The notes under the pieces were generated by a model that saw only the letters and a program-made list of their open reading frames with translations, was not told the origin of the DNA and did no database searches. DNA of 63,700 nt, the filler included, from Folioceros fuciformis (Eukaryota): the NCBI GenBank assembly GCA_049999805.1. It is 13 parts of 13 records of this genome, joined end to end, with 100 filler letters (N's around TTAATTAATTAA, not from the genome) between each part and the next. Parts side by side here need not be neighbours in the genome. Positions count along the whole stretch, not along the records: positions 22,640 to 27,856 come from JBNGIO010004373.1; positions 27,957 to 29,446 come from JBNGIO010004374.1; positions 29,547 to 36,348 come from JBNGIO010004375.1; 10 more parts are not named here. The stretch is one strand, 5' to 3'. The position numbers and the translations under genes are program-made. Each line of letters begins with the position of its first letter. Positions within the stretch are counted from its first letter, which is position 1. Positions 23,183-35,922 of the stretch are shown here, one piece after another.

Positions 23183-23464
23183 GACGGCTACACTGCAGCG
23201 AAACTACCACTGTGGTTCGGTCCCGATGCGTCTGTCAAAGAGTTCAGACCTTGCACACGTATATTGAATTCCTAAAGTTCCAAAAAGGCTGTAAACTGGT
23301 CTGAATTTTCTTAAAATAGCTGGAATGGGAATGAACCCTTGGCACGGATGGGATCCTTCCACCCGACCTCTTCAATGTTTATATATACCAAATCATTTTC
23401 CATTGCTCTTAAACAATTTGGCTTACGACAAGGAACGGGTCTATGGAATATCAATACGGATAAG

Positions 23465-26400
23465 GGCTCTTTCACACAAACTGGCGGTATACAGTTCAAA
23501 TATTTTGGACATAACGTATGTGCCCGCTTCGATCCTAGGGCACAAAGTAGGTGCCCGGGACACCTACTTTATTTTATCTCTCACGTTCTGGTCCGTCTCC
23601 TCCACTCACACCTTTTCACTTTTTTTTAGTTAGCGTTAGGGCTTGTGGGCTGAGCATCCTTCCTTCGGACCTCAACATTCACCGACCNNNNNNNNNNGCT
23701 TGTGGGCTGAGCATCCTTCCTTCGGACCTCAACATTCACCGACCTCAGCGTTTCACAGTTGTATGGTGTGCACACATGTGTCGCCTCCATGCACACCCCT
23801 AACCTCATGCACTAGACTGAAACCAAAAATTGTAAACGAGCCCTCACAGCGATGTCAATCGGGAGCCTAAACCGCCGTGTCAATCGGGAGCCCTCGCGGT
23901 GGTGGCAATCGGGAGCCCTCACGCACAGTAGTGTGAATCGGGAGGAATCTTAAAACACTATGTCAATCGGGACGAATCTTAAAACACTGTGTGTATGAAC
24001 CGAAATAAAGAACAAACGATGTGTCCCTTTTGGTCCACATATAAGTTAGAGGTAGAAGTTGGATAACATGGCGAGGTTGAGTACAGGAATATTCTATAGA
24101 TACCACCATATATCCTCATAAAAAATAAGTATTCCAAAAAAGAAATATCAATGTGTAATCCCTGTCCTTCTCAGTATTCTATACTAGAGCCATGTGCCGA
24201 CATATCCTTATGAGATTGGCAAGAATAAATATGAATATAGAGATAGGACAAGGAACCCGGGAGGCCCATCGCCAACTCGATTCAAAGATAATGACCATGC
24301 CGTCATGCGAGAAACTTAGCTTTGCTTCATTTCGTTAATACTAGTTTGTCATGCAGTGTCATATTTCCAACACACCAAAAGGGCTGTGAGCTCAAGCGCA
24401 TTAAGTAAGAACCCTAATGGAATGTGTCTAAACATGCGTGCATCATGCACGATACGAATACTAATGGGCTCATCTAGCGCGCATCGTTCACACTACATCC
24501 ACTAATGGGACACAGCTTGCAACCCTCAATTTTGATAGGTGCAACAACGAGTAACTACATGAATCACAACAAGCAGAGGACGGTTGTGCAAATCAACAAG
24601 GTGGCAACATGTGGAGAGTTCAAGGATAGTCTCGCATATGCCTTGTCCTAGCAATCTTACATTTGAAGAACAACTGCATGAAACAGAAAGTGAGTCAAGG
24701 TCATAAGAGCAAGCCTCATACATTAGCATCTACTACCCAAGCCTCACTCCCTCTCCCTAGCAAACCTACGTATCATATACTAGCCCTCCCTCGCATAGCC
24801 ACGCCTAGCCAACTCAAGGAACTGCACAACTGGCCTCACCCTTCGGTGTGAGTTGCTGCACCCTCTCCTTCAAGTTGCCTAGCTCAGTCCGCATGCTATC
24901 CTTTAGTGAGTTCAAGCACTCCAAGAGCCCTCATGGCAAGCTTTCCACATATGTGTCCCCAATCGGTCCATGTGTCGAAAGGAGTGGGGGAATGTGAAGA
25001 TTATAGATGCTATTGAAGCGAGAATAGTGATGCGGGCATGTAGAACACAAGCATATAGTGGACACCCTTCCATATATTTTCATCATGAGTAGGTTTCATA
25101 GCAGAATTAGATGATAGGGAGGCCACTATGTGAATGGCTCGTGCACAAGGGAGCATCGCGGAAGGGCATCGTGAAGTCCTACACATCCTAGACCCTAGTA
25201 CGCAAGGGCAGAGGCAGGCAGGTTGGTCGAAAGGCAATTGGCCCTTGGTGGTCTAGAGATGGTGAACCTCATGAGCTTTCCAGGAAGCGGGTATTATGAG
25301 ATTGCTAGTGTATTACCATACGATGTTACGTTGGATACCTTGCATGGAATGTGGTGTAAGTGTGTGGTTGCCTTAATGCTCTAGCGATAAAAATATGACT
25401 TTGTTGTGAACCTATAAGAGCAGCTGTAATTGCTGAGGTGGATAATTCTTTGCACCATGTTGTCCAAAAGGCAAAAGTGGATGGTAGGGTGGGACACAAA
25501 CGCCGGGCATTTTCTTCGCCAAATGGTGTAGTGTGGAACGTCCATTACGCACATTGTTGCAAAGGGGTAGACCTCACATTGCATGGTGTACGAGGAGAAA
25601 CCCTAAAGAGCACACTTCCAAGAACGATAAGGATAGTGGAAGGACACGTTGATGTGTGCATAAGAAAAAAATAGTATGATACAATCGGTTTTGTCACCAT
25701 AGGGACCCCTAGATGGCGCACGACGACCAAAATGGGGCAGATTTGTGGCCCAAAACATTGGACCGTACACCGCCGCGCAAAACTTTAAGTTCCACATGGC
25801 ATCACCATATTGGTATTCCATGGAACATACCCCAAGATGCCTGTCAACCCTAAACTGCTTTAGGAATCACCAACAAGTGTCCCAATGTAGCCATACAGGC
25901 ACCTGGAGGTTGCACACAGTTCCCGTGCTTGCTGAACCTAGCCGCGTCATCGGACTAATCTATACAACGTATAGGGATTTTTTTTCTATCACTCTAACGG
26001 GCATGTGGACCGAAAGGGACATGTGGTTTGTTTTTTATTTGGGTTCATGGACCCTCATCATAAAAAATCAAGATGAAATATGTCAATGGTTGGCAAGGGT
26101 TAGGATTTGGCAGTGTTTCAAAGATGCACCAATTAACACCACCGTGATACCCTCACATTGAGCGAGAGATGGTTGTCTGCCATGGGCTAAACCTCGTCAT
26201 GGACACCCAGGGGCGAAACCTCGCCGTGGACACCCAAGGGCTAAACCTCGCTGTGTTTAAACCCCCCTCAACTACATAGGAGAACAATTCACAGTAGGAG
26301 AGCTCGCACCGCCTAACCCTAAACCCTCCTTGTTGGCGGGATGCTCAACCCGGAACTTCGACCCTAAACCCTAACCCCGCTGGCCGTCTTGATCTGCACC

Positions 26401-26586
26401 ATTGCTTGGGGTACCCCGACTATTATCACACGTAACGGGTCTAAACGTGAGGGATAAAATAAGGGCACAAAGTAGGTGACCCGATTAGGACACCTTCTTT
26501 GTGCATACTACGACCGAAGTGGGCACATTTGTTACGTATAAAATGTTTGGATTGTATATCGCCCTGGTAAAGTTTGTGTGAAAGCC
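23465..26586. mobile_element. ~3.1-kb DNA element with long (~120-140 nt) imperfect terminal inverted repeats, Mutator/foldback-like, internal coding decayed
   Basis: 23465-23590 is the reverse complement of 26441-26586 (e.g. TTCACACAAACT/AGTTTGTGTGAA, TGTGCCCGCTTCG/CGAAGTGGGCACA, ATTTTATCTCTCACGTT/AACGTGAGGGATAAAAT). Telobox-like AACCCTAA lies subterminally. No TSD found. Confidence 0.65.
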
Positions 26587-27465
26587 AGTTACGCGACGTA
26601 TGCTTTTGTGGTCAACCCTAAACCAGAATGGGAAAGGTGATTTTGACACTTCAGGGTTTGCTGCGCAATAAATAAGGTCTGCCAATCCGTGAGGCAAGAC
26701 ATATACCAAGCCACTATGAGAGTCATCATGTATTGCACACGGGATCGAGGCCATGAAGGCGGATTCCATTTCTACCAAAGTCGAATGATGTACATTATCA
26801 TAGTATGTAGCATGCATATACATTATCACAATATGTAGCAATGCATGATGAGCAGGTGTTTCACTTCCATGCTATATATGTCGCCATGAGTACGCATATT
26901 CTGAAATCTTATGTAGATATTTATATATTTATGTAGCTATCTATCTATATACCTACATGTCAAAACATGAGAATATAGTATCGGTGGCATTTGTGGGAGG
27001 AAAGGGGTATTATTGAAGAATTTTCGAGAACCACAAAAACGGGCAAGGGGCATACTGTATATAAACGGCGAGCATTATTATACGCGGCCAGTGTAGGCAA
27101 TATGAAGGGTACTAAAATTATCCCTCTTACTGGCAATCAGTGGGGGTATAGTGGATTTGGGTGATGGGGTAGAGTAGCGGGGTTTGGGGGGTATATGGAA
27201 AGGGGCCAAATGCGTGGACCCCTTGGATTTAAAAAACTGGAGAGGTGGGGATGTTGCATCCACGGGCCCTGCAATTGATGCATGCCATTGTTTACAAAAT
27301 CCTTCTGGTGCTGACCGATGGACAACCGGAAGGAAGCCATCGTGGCTGAGCATATTGTGCATGGGGTGTTGCGATAGAGAAACATAGCAACTTGCAATGC
27401 CAATTGTCGTGAGCATGTGAAGCGCAGAGGAAGGTTGGACATTGCAGTGTTAGTCGCTGCATCGG

Positions 27466-27715
27466 GTGAAATGCGCAGTGGATGAATGCAATACAACAGA
27501 TGGGCCTATTGAAGTGGGAGCAGTCGGCGCTGCCATCGATACATCAAAATCCTTGGTATACCACGGATGCAGTGTTTGCTGCACAAGCAAGGACACAGTG
27601 TGGTGCAAAAGGTGCGAGGGCTGGTGCGGGAGGTCATTGACATTCCGAGCACGCATTTTGCTCCAGGATGGCACTTGTCGGGTTTGGGCAACAGCAATGC
27701 CACAACCTGGAAATT
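27466..27715 (+). pseudogene. RPA70 C-terminal OB-fold/zinc-ribbon-like fragment (Helitron-type cargo)
   Basis: VYHGCSVC...WCKRC...FRARILLQDGTCRVWAT resembles the RPA1 DBD-C pattern YxxCxxC...CxxC...R.L...DxTG..W.T. Confidence 0.55.
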
Positions 27716-27956
27716 GCAAGTACAGCAGGTTGGGCTACTTGAGCATACAAAAATTCCTTGTCTTGCTTCAGGGGCAATTCCCCCTTTTGTACATGTGTGG
27801 GGGTGGTGGCCAAGAAGGTTGCACCCAACTACTCATCTGCCTAAACTATTTCCAGTNNNNNNNNNNNNNNNNNNNNNNNNNNNNNNNNNNNNNNNNNNNN
27901 TTAATTAATTAANNNNNNNNNNNNNNNNNNNNNNNNNNNNNNNNNNNNNNNNNNNN

Positions 27957-29446
27957 CTACTCCACCATCCAGTCAGGTTCAACTACCACCTTCATATATT
28001 GACCTGTCAGATGATGATGAAGAACCAAGTGAGTTTCCTAACAATGAGAATGACAATGATGAGCCAATCTCCTCGGACTCGGTGCACAATGCGGGCGATG
28101 GTGAGGAAGAGCAGCAACATACTAAAGCTGTAGTGGAAAGTGTACGAGTTGAGGAACCTACACTCACAAGAAGCAGTCGGGTTNNNNNNNNNNNNNNNNN
28201 NNNNNNNNNNNNNNNNNNNNNNNNNNNNNNNNNNNNNNNNNNNNNNNNNNNNNNNNNNNNNNNNNNNNNNNNNNNNNNNNNNNCCTCAGTCTTATCAAGA
28301 GGCTATAAACTCACCTGATAGAACGAAATGGAAAGAAGCCATTGAGTCTGAATATAAATCCATTATGGATAACAAAACATGGGTTCTCGAGGATCTCCCT
28401 GTAGGAAGGAAGGCTGTTACATGCAAATGGGTCTTCAAGACCAAGCTGGCAGCAGATGGGTCCATAGCCCGAAATAAAGCACGACTGGTAGCACGAGGCT
28501 ATAGTCAGGTAGAAGGGTTAGATTATATCGAGACCTTCTCCCAAGTTGTGAGGGCTACATCTGTTCGAGCACTATTGGCCTTGGCCGCGCAGCATGATTT
28601 CCTGTTACAGCACATGGACGTCAAAACGGCATTCCTAAATGAAACACTAGAAGAAACTGTTTTTATATGAAACAACCAGAAGGTTATGTGGATCCTAAGC
28701 ACCCACAGAAAGTCTGTCGGCTTGTCAAAACTATCTATGGACTTAAACAGTCCCCTAGAGAATGGTATAAACGCATCAATACATACATGAAGAAATGTGG
28801 CTTCGTGCAAAGCGAGGTTGACTCTAATGTATATAAGTTACATGACAAGGATGGTGTTGTATACCTTGCTTTATATGTTGATGATGCTGTCATCATGGCC
28901 AATGGCCCAAAGCACATGGCAATAGTAAAAGGTTTTCTAACCTCGGAGTTCTCCATGTCAGACTTGGGTCAGCTGACATTCTTCCTTGGGATACAGATCC
29001 TACAAAACCTTGCAACACACACAATATTTATACATTAGTCGACGTTTGTTCAGCACACACTGGTCAGATTCAGAATGCAGCATGCAAAGCCAGTAGCCAC
29101 GCCTATGGCTGTTGGAGATAAGCTAACTCTTGCATAATGTTCTAAGACAGAAAAAGAAAGGCAGGAGATGGAATCCGTACCGTACAGGTCGGTAGTGGGA
29201 GTATGCATATACTTCAAGAATTGGACATGTCCAGAACTTTCACATGCTGTTGGAGTTACTTCACAATTCCTGTCGAATTATGGTTCTGCTCACTGGCATG
29301 CTGTACAACGGATACTACGCTATCTCGGCACCACACCAAAGTTAGGATTACTATATACAAAAAGACCCGAGAACTTGTTGCTCACCTGCTACTGTGACAC
29401 AGACCGGGCATCTGATGCTGACAGTAGAAGATCTATCTCAGCTCAT
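27957..29446 (+). pseudogene. copia RT/RNase H pseudogene
   Basis: KWVFKTK, KARLVARGY, DVKTAFL, YGLKQSP, YVDD and YCDTD, with stops and a frameshift. Confidence 0.93.
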
Positions 29447-29546
29447 NNNNNNNNNNNNNNNNNNNNNNNNNNNNNNNNNNNNNNNNNNNNTTAATTAATT
29501 AANNNNNNNNNNNNNNNNNNNNNNNNNNNNNNNNNNNNNNNNNNNN

Positions 29547-29840
29547 CCCCTGCCTCTAGCTCTAGCTAGGGCATGGCCTCCACAGCCGTTCATGCCAGCC
29601 AAGCAATCAGCCAGCCTATCATCAGACCCTGACCCCTGACACTGACACACCCAGATACCCCTTCCTATGTTCAAACCATTATTATATTATTTTTATTATT
29701 TTTATTATTATTTTATTATTATTTAATCATTTACTATTATATATCTTTAATTAATATTAAACAAATCACCCAACCCTATGGCCTGGTACCGAACCTAAAC
29801 CTTCCCAGCTCTGGGACCAAACCTATACCCACTCTTATAA
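29547..29840 (-). repeat. Fragment of an LTR-like repeat family (same as 59348-59871), with a (TTA)n microsatellite
   Basis: 29764-29840 is the reverse complement of 59794-59870. Confidence 0.75.
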
Positions 29841-29940
29841 NNNNNNNNNNNNNNNNNNNNNNNNNNNNNNNNNNNNNNNNNNNNNNNNNNNNNNNNNNNN
29901 NNNNNNNNNNNNNNNNNNNNNNNNNNNNNNNNNNNNNNNN

Positions 29941-32900
29941 TATCAGGTCTGGTCCATCCACTCAACCATAGCAGGGAACCTACAAGAACCCTGTAAGGTA
30001 TAATCTCCATCTCCTTTTGCTCAGCAGGTGTCTTGGGGCACTGATCTTGTGTCAGGGTAGTCCCCACTGCAGCTGGAGTTGTTGCCGACTTCACATTTTG
30101 CATGTTGAACTTCTCAAGTAATTTGTTCACATAATGCTGCTCGTGGAGAAACACACTTCCCGTCATTGGGTTCATGAGTGCTTGGACACCTAGGAAGAAT
30201 TTGCAAGGGCCCGAATCTGTCATTTTGAATTCTGATGACAAGATACGCTTTACCTCTTTTATCATGCCATCATCGGACCCAAAAATTATTGTGTCGTTGA
30301 CGTACACCGCTAGGTAAGCAGTTCACCCTTTCTTCTTATATACATACACACTGCCATCAGCATCTGATTGCTTAAACCCTCTCCTTACAAGGTATGCATG
30401 TAGCCTCAAGTTCCACCCACGATTTGATTGTTTGAGGCCGTACTACATCTTCTTCAGCCTACAAACCTTGCTTGGGTGCTTGGCATCAATGTAACCTTCA
30501 GGTTGTATCATGTATACCTCTTCTTCAAGGAGGCCATTAAGGAATGCCGTTTGTACATCCATCTGGTGGACATGATAACCTTGCAGGGCAGCGATGGCCA
30601 TGAGTGCTCTTAGTGATGACGCGCGCACAACGGGGGAAAAGGTCTCATTATAATCTATCCCTTCTCTCTGGGAAAATCCACGCACCACTAGTCTAGCCTT
30701 GAACCTAGCTGTAGTGCCATCAGGGTTGAGTTTCCTTTTGAACACCCATTTGTTTGAAATCGGGCTCCTTCCATGAGGTAAATCAACTAATTCCCACGTC
30801 TCGTTCTCAATGAGAGAATCATACTCTGATTGGATCGCTGCCTGCCACTGCTCCTTCTCCGGTGAGTTGATGGCTTCTTTGTAGGATGCTGGTTCACCAA
30901 GGTCTTGGGTTGCTATGAGTATTTGAGCTAGCATGGCATTCGTGTTTACATTCGGCCGTATGTGCCCTTCCATGGCAAGTGGCACTTGACTCCATTCCAG
31001 GGGAGAGCTTGTGTGGTGTATCGCTGACCTCCTAAGCGTAGCAAGCTGACCAGGTTCACGCTGTGTTGGTACATTGGTATCAGCTTCACCCTCACTTGCA
31101 TTGGCCTCAAATGTATCATCAACATCAGTGTCAACTTGTATGCCCTGAGCTGAAGTATGGCGTGGGGCTTGTGGTAGAGCTGCTTGTGGCTGACTCATAC
31201 TTGGAATTATTTGCTCAAATTCAGAGTCACTATCGCTATGGAGTTCAGCAACCTGAGAGTCAGGCATCAGATCCTTCCTCCCCACCTCTCGGGCACAAGC
31301 GGCAACCAACAAGCTGTGTTCATCAAATATACCAACACGAGTGTGAGTAACATGGCCGGAGTTAGGGTCATATACCTTATACCCTTTGATACCCTCAGTA
31401 TATCCAATGAAGGTCATAGCACGGGCCTGGTAATCCAGCTTCCTCTGTTGGGTCTTTGGAATGTGCATATACACACGGCTGCCAAATATTTTCAGATGTG
31501 AAATGGATGGTTTACGACCAGGCCACCGCTCATATGGGGTAGCTCCTATGAAAGAAGAAGTGGGCAAACGATTTTGCACATATGTTGCAGTTTGTACTGC
31601 ATCTGCCCAATAGTGCTTGGATAAACCGGATTGATATAGCATGGCCTTGGCTGCTTCTTGGAGGTATCTGTTTTTCGCCTCTGCCAATGGGATTTGGCTG
31701 GATGTGTGCGAGGAAGTCAGTTGGCGGGCAATGCCAAGGGAACGACAATATGATTGAAAATCGCCGCTAATAAATTCGCCCCCATTATCAGTCCTAAGCA
31801 CCTTGAGAGTTTTCCCGGTTTGTTGTTGAGAAAAATCCACATATTGTTTGAATATTTCTAGAGCCTCACTCTTATGTCGCAAAAAATATGTGACAGTATA
31901 TCTGCTGTAGTCATCAATGACAGCCATAAAGTAAAGGGAACCACCAAGAGATGGTGTTGACATGGGTCTACAAAGATCCGTATGGATCATTTCCAGTAGG
32001 TCAGAGGCACGGTTCTGCTCACCGTTCTTAGGCTTCTTCTTGACCATTTTACTATGGATACAGGCGCCACATAATACATGTGTATCAGTAACCTTCCAAT
32101 CGAGTTTCTCACGGTACAGCTCCTGCTCTGTCATCCGTCTCATCTTTGTGAAGTTTTGATGTGCAAGCCTTGAATGCCACAGGAGCTGAGGATCATCATG
32201 TGTAAGACGTTTGGCCAACATGGCTTGAGATGTTGAATTGGCTTGTGGATTTCCAGCAGGGGATGTGATACAGTCCAGCTTGTATAAATCAGCTTGCAGG
32301 GTACCAAGGGCCAGGATGTGGTCTGTCTGCGTCTCTCGCAGCTCACAGTGGTTTTCGCTGAAAGGGATATTAACCATCCAGTCCTTGCAAAGATGCTGAA
32401 CTGACATTAGATTTTTACACATCTGTGGAACGTGTAGCACTTGGTGAAGCAAGCGGGTGGATCCATCTTGCAGCTGAATTTGCTGGGTGGATCCATCTTG
32501 CAGCTGAATTTGCTGGGTGGATCCATCTTGCAGCTGAATTTGCTCGGTGCCGCAGCCAGCAATTGCAAGTCCACTCCCATCTCCAAGTAGGACAAACTGT
32601 CCAGGTGCATAGGTGTTATAGTTGATAAAGCCTTCTCGCATGTAGCATATGTGCGCGGAGGCACCTGAGTCGACAAACCAATGATCTTGATCAGCCTTGG
32701 TGTGTGCGAGGAACACAGGAAGGATGGTGTTTGGATTTGTCGTTTTGGCCCGGGCAGCAACATGAGCCTCCAATGCTCTCCTCGGCTCCTCGGCCTTTTT
32801 CTTTCTGCAATCGGCATCTATGTGTCCTACAAGACGGCACCAATTACAGGTGAGTTTCCTATGGTTGGGGTTTGGCGGAGCTCGACCTTCATGTGTCTTG

Positions 32901-34947
32901 CCTCTGCCCTGCGATGGTGGTCGTGTGGGAAAGCAGCCACCGCGACCCCGTCTTCCTCCTCTGCCAGCATAAAGGACTTGGCTGTGCGAACCTTAGCCTC
33001 CCCGGCTTGAGTGCATGGTCGCTTCCTCCTCGAGCAAAGCACCAATTGTGTTGGATAAAGACACAGTAGCAGCAGTAGCAGTCCTCAAGCTGCTGTTTTG
33101 TGTGCTGACAAATACCCGGTATTTGTCTGGCAATGACATGAGCAAAGCCACCGAAGCCTGCAACTCCGTGACTGTCGTACCTGCGGATGCCAGCTTCTGT
33201 CTAAGATGGCGACGTGACTGTCGTACCTGCGGATGCCAGCTTCTGTCTAAGATGGCGAAATCGCATCACGTGCTCCTCAACGCTGTCCGTGTCTTTCATC
33301 TTGCAATTCCAAAAAGATCTAGTGGCATGTACCAGGGAGGATTGATTTGTAGTCGCAAACATTCGTGACAAAGCTGTCCATGCCATGTGAGATTCAAATG
33401 CATCATCAATGTGGTGGATCATCGAACTGTCAATGGTAGCCTCCAGTATGGCCCTGACTCTGAGATCTTTCTTGGTCCATGCTGCAACATCGGCCTGCGG
33501 TGCGTTGGCACCTGGCTTAGAAGTTGACCCTACGAGCCCAGACGTCATAATTTGCCCCTGAAAACCTATCCTTGTCCTTGAAATCAAGGCGTGTCACACT
33601 CGCCATGGTAACCCCTTGGATGCGCTGATATGCTGGTGGTTGAGTCAACCAGGTAGGCAGCGTCCCTTGGAGCCACTGCCTTGAGATTGTGAATTTCGAA
33701 GGTGGTGATTTGGAGCGGGCTCTCACAGACGGGGTACTCGAGCGTGGCCCTCTGCTTCTGCCTTGAGGCCTCTCAGCTGAAAGTGATCTCTTCGGAGGCA
33801 TCAAACATGGCCCCAATTTGCATGATGCAGCCCTGGACGGGCAATAATCTGCCGCTCCATGCCTGGTTTTCTGCTTCGTGTGTCAAACTTTGTTTGAGTG
33901 AGGATCTTGGGGTTCCGAGTGTAGGGGCATGGTCACGGCATCCTGCCGGCATGGTTGCTATGGTTGCCCTTCCTCCCACACAGATCAGAAGGGTCGCCAC
34001 GGCCTGCTCTAGCATCAGATGCCGCCGCGGCGCACATCCAAATCACACTGCCGCGCTGCAGCAGCCAGGGGTTGCACCTTGCCTCAGATTGATACCACCG
34101 CGGCCTGCTCCAGCCTTCAATTTCTGCCACTGCTGTTGCAATCTCGGCGTGTGCCTACCAAGGATTGCTGCCACGCCGCTGCAGGGTCTGATCCTGCCAT
34201 GGATTACTGTCGCGCCGCTGCAGGGCCTGATCCAATCATGGATTATTGTCGCGATGCAGTCGCCGTGGCCAGGTCCTGCTTCATCCTTGTGATTCGGCAG
34301 CCTGGAAGCGTTCCTGCCTCCGGAACATCAGGTTGGGCTCACCACGCTTCCGCTGCTGCGGGTTTCTGCCTCAAAAATGCATCTCGTGTCTCAGGGTCTC
34401 AGGGAGCGGGGTGCAAACTGCCATGCCGCACCATACTACGGCAGGCCGTGCTGTGACGCTGTTACAGGGAATGGAATTTCCCTAAATCACACGGCCACGG
34501 CCACAGCCACGGCACCGCGCCCACGGCTCATTGCCGTGCTGCACAATGCCTTCACCATGTCAGGATCTCACCCTGCAGATGCCAGACTCGATGCATTCCC
34601 AAGAATTTGCTGCCTACATTTTCCTTTCTTTCTTCTAAAAAAAAATTAAAGGATCGCAATCTCCTTTAGAGCATCCTGGCGGTAGTGGCTATGCTTGCAG
34701 CGATGCATGGCATCGCTTACCACCTCAGCTCTGATACCATACAAAATTAGGAGAAGCATTTTGCTTGAGAAGAATAATTCATGATACACACATACAAGGT
34801 CTTATGGTTTCGTGCCATATGCAATGGCGGTTAGGTTTGATAATTGAGTCCTTTCACACTAGGCTAACTAGCCCTAGCTATAACTTATTTAACTTAGCTT
34901 AGCTATTAAATGATTGACGCTAGACTACTTCTAAGCTTCACTCAACA
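29941..34947 (-). mobile_element. Ty1/copia element: 5' LTR (34740-34947), PBS (34728-34739), long GC-rich leader, frameshifted gag and PR-IN-RT
   Basis: PBS reverse complement GCTCTGATACCA; FKDKDRFSGANYDVW; WFVDSGAS; HTDLC; RTDNGGEF; KARLVVRGF; DVQTAFL; YVND. Confidence 0.94.
30443..32773 (-). CDS. copia protease-integrase-RT open segment
   Basis: 776-aa open frame with the motifs above and a 10-aa triplication QIQLQDGSTQ. Confidence 0.85.
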   Translation of the reverse strand: MEAHVAARAKTTNPNTILPVFLAHTKADQDHWFVDSGASAHICYMREGFINYNTYAPGQFVLLGDGSGLAIAGCGTEQIQLQDGSTQQIQLQDGSTQQIQLQDGSTRLLHQVLHVPQMCKNLMSVQHLCKDWMVNIPFSENHCELRETQTDHILALGTLQADLYKLDCITSPAGNPQANSTSQAMLAKRLTHDDPQLLWHSRLAHQNFTKMRRMTEQELYREKLDWKVTDTHVLCGACIHSKMVKKKPKNGEQNRASDLLEMIHTDLCRPMSTPSLGGSLYFMAVIDDYSRYTVTYFLRHKSEALEIFKQYVDFSQQQTGKTLKVLRTDNGGEFISGDFQSYCRSLGIARQLTSSHTSSQIPLAEAKNRYLQEAAKAMLYQSGLSKHYWADAVQTATYVQNRLPTSSFIGATPYERWPGRKPSISHLKIFGSRVYMHIPKTQQRKLDYQARAMTFIGYTEGIKGYKVYDPNSGHVTHTRVGIFDEHSLLVAACAREVGRKDLMPDSQVAELHSDSDSEFEQIIPSMSQPQAALPQAPRHTSAQGIQVDTDVDDTFEANASEGEADTNVPTQREPGQLATLRRSAIHHTSSPLEWSQVPLAMEGHIRPNVNTNAMLAQILIATQDLGEPASYKEAINSPEKEQWQAAIQSEYDSLIENETWELVDLPHGRSPISNKWVFKRKLNPDGTTARFKARLVVRGFSQREGIDYNETFSPVVRASSLRALMAIAALQGYHVHQMDVQTAFLNGLLEEEVYMIQPEGYIDAKHPSKVCRLKKM

Positions 34948-35285
34948 CACAACGTTGAGAGACTGTAACCTACGGTGTTGCCATGGCATGTGTGTCAATA
35001 GGATCTACTCCAATCTACGTGCAAGTGTAGGAGAGGAGAGGAGAGAAGAGAGGGTGGTATTGGTGATCACAACCATGAAAACAATACACATCACCACTGT
35101 CTTACTATGGAGGTCCGAGGTCTCCATTTAAGTAGTACATTTAGGGCTACACAACTTCCAGGTTCAATATGGGATAATCTACACTATCCTAAGTTCACTA
35201 ATAACTAGAACTAGTCTAGTATGAACCCAACTGGGATAACTAACACCACATGAGTTTAGCTCATATAGAGCTCGATAACTCAACA
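34948..35285 (-). repeat. LTR fragment (starts TGTTGAG at 35285) inserted into a gypsy RT and itself interrupted by the copia element
   Basis: Matches 49336-49510 in reverse complement; truncates the gypsy RT at DTVA. Confidence 0.75.
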
Positions 35286-35726
35286 CAGCAACCGTGTCCA
35301 GCACACTGTCCATGAAAGGGAGTGGATGATGGACTTTCTTGGTCACCTCATTGAGCTTCTTGAAGTCCTGGCAAACCCTCACCTTGCCAGCTTGCTTCTT
35401 AGACACCACCACAATTGGAGTTTCCCACTCACTAGTTAGGACATGATAGATAACTCCAGCCTCCAAGTGCTGGTCCAATTGCTCCTTCACAACCATGGAG
35501 TACTTTGGGTTCAGCCGGTATTGCTTCACCCAAACCGGTGTGCTTCCCTCCTTGAGGTTTATCCAGTGAACACCCAGTTCCTCCGGAACACTTGTCATGC
35601 CTATCACCTTGAAGGCAAACACATCCAAGTATTCAGTTAACAGTGCCTTCAAATCTACCCTCTCCTTAGGTGTGAGGTACTTGGACACCTTGACCTTCTT
35701 CCCTAGGGCCAATTCCATGTCCTCCA
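35286..35726 (-). pseudogene. Ty3/gypsy reverse transcriptase N-terminal fragment
   Basis: KQYRLNP...SEWETPIVVVSKK..GKVRVCQDFKKLNEVTKK..HPLPFMDSVLD. Confidence 0.9.
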
Positions 35727-35922
35727 TGTTATTTGATGCATTTGTTTAAGGATTATTTTGACAAAGAATACTTGAGACAATGCAGCAAAAGAACTTAATT
35801 AAATTAATACAAAATTGTAGCTTTTATAGTGTCAAGTTTGTTAAACCCAAAAGTCATGTGTTTAATCGAGTTAGGTTAATCTAACCCATGGTTATCTAAA
35901 TAACCTTAACACCCCCTCTTAA
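35727..35922 (-). mobile_element. 3' LTR (35727-35911, TGTTA...TAACA) with PPT of another minus-strand element
   Basis: Inverted termini; CCCCCTCTT (PPT on the minus strand) directly adjacent. Confidence 0.75.

Noticed and set aside
23641-23745. Direct repeats flanking 10-N gaps (also 17155-17193)
   Set aside because: Typical unmerged contig overlaps.
25010-25237. SWIM-like CxC...PC motif as proof of a Mutator transposase
   Set aside because: Lacks the conserved His and no DDE region is recognisable.
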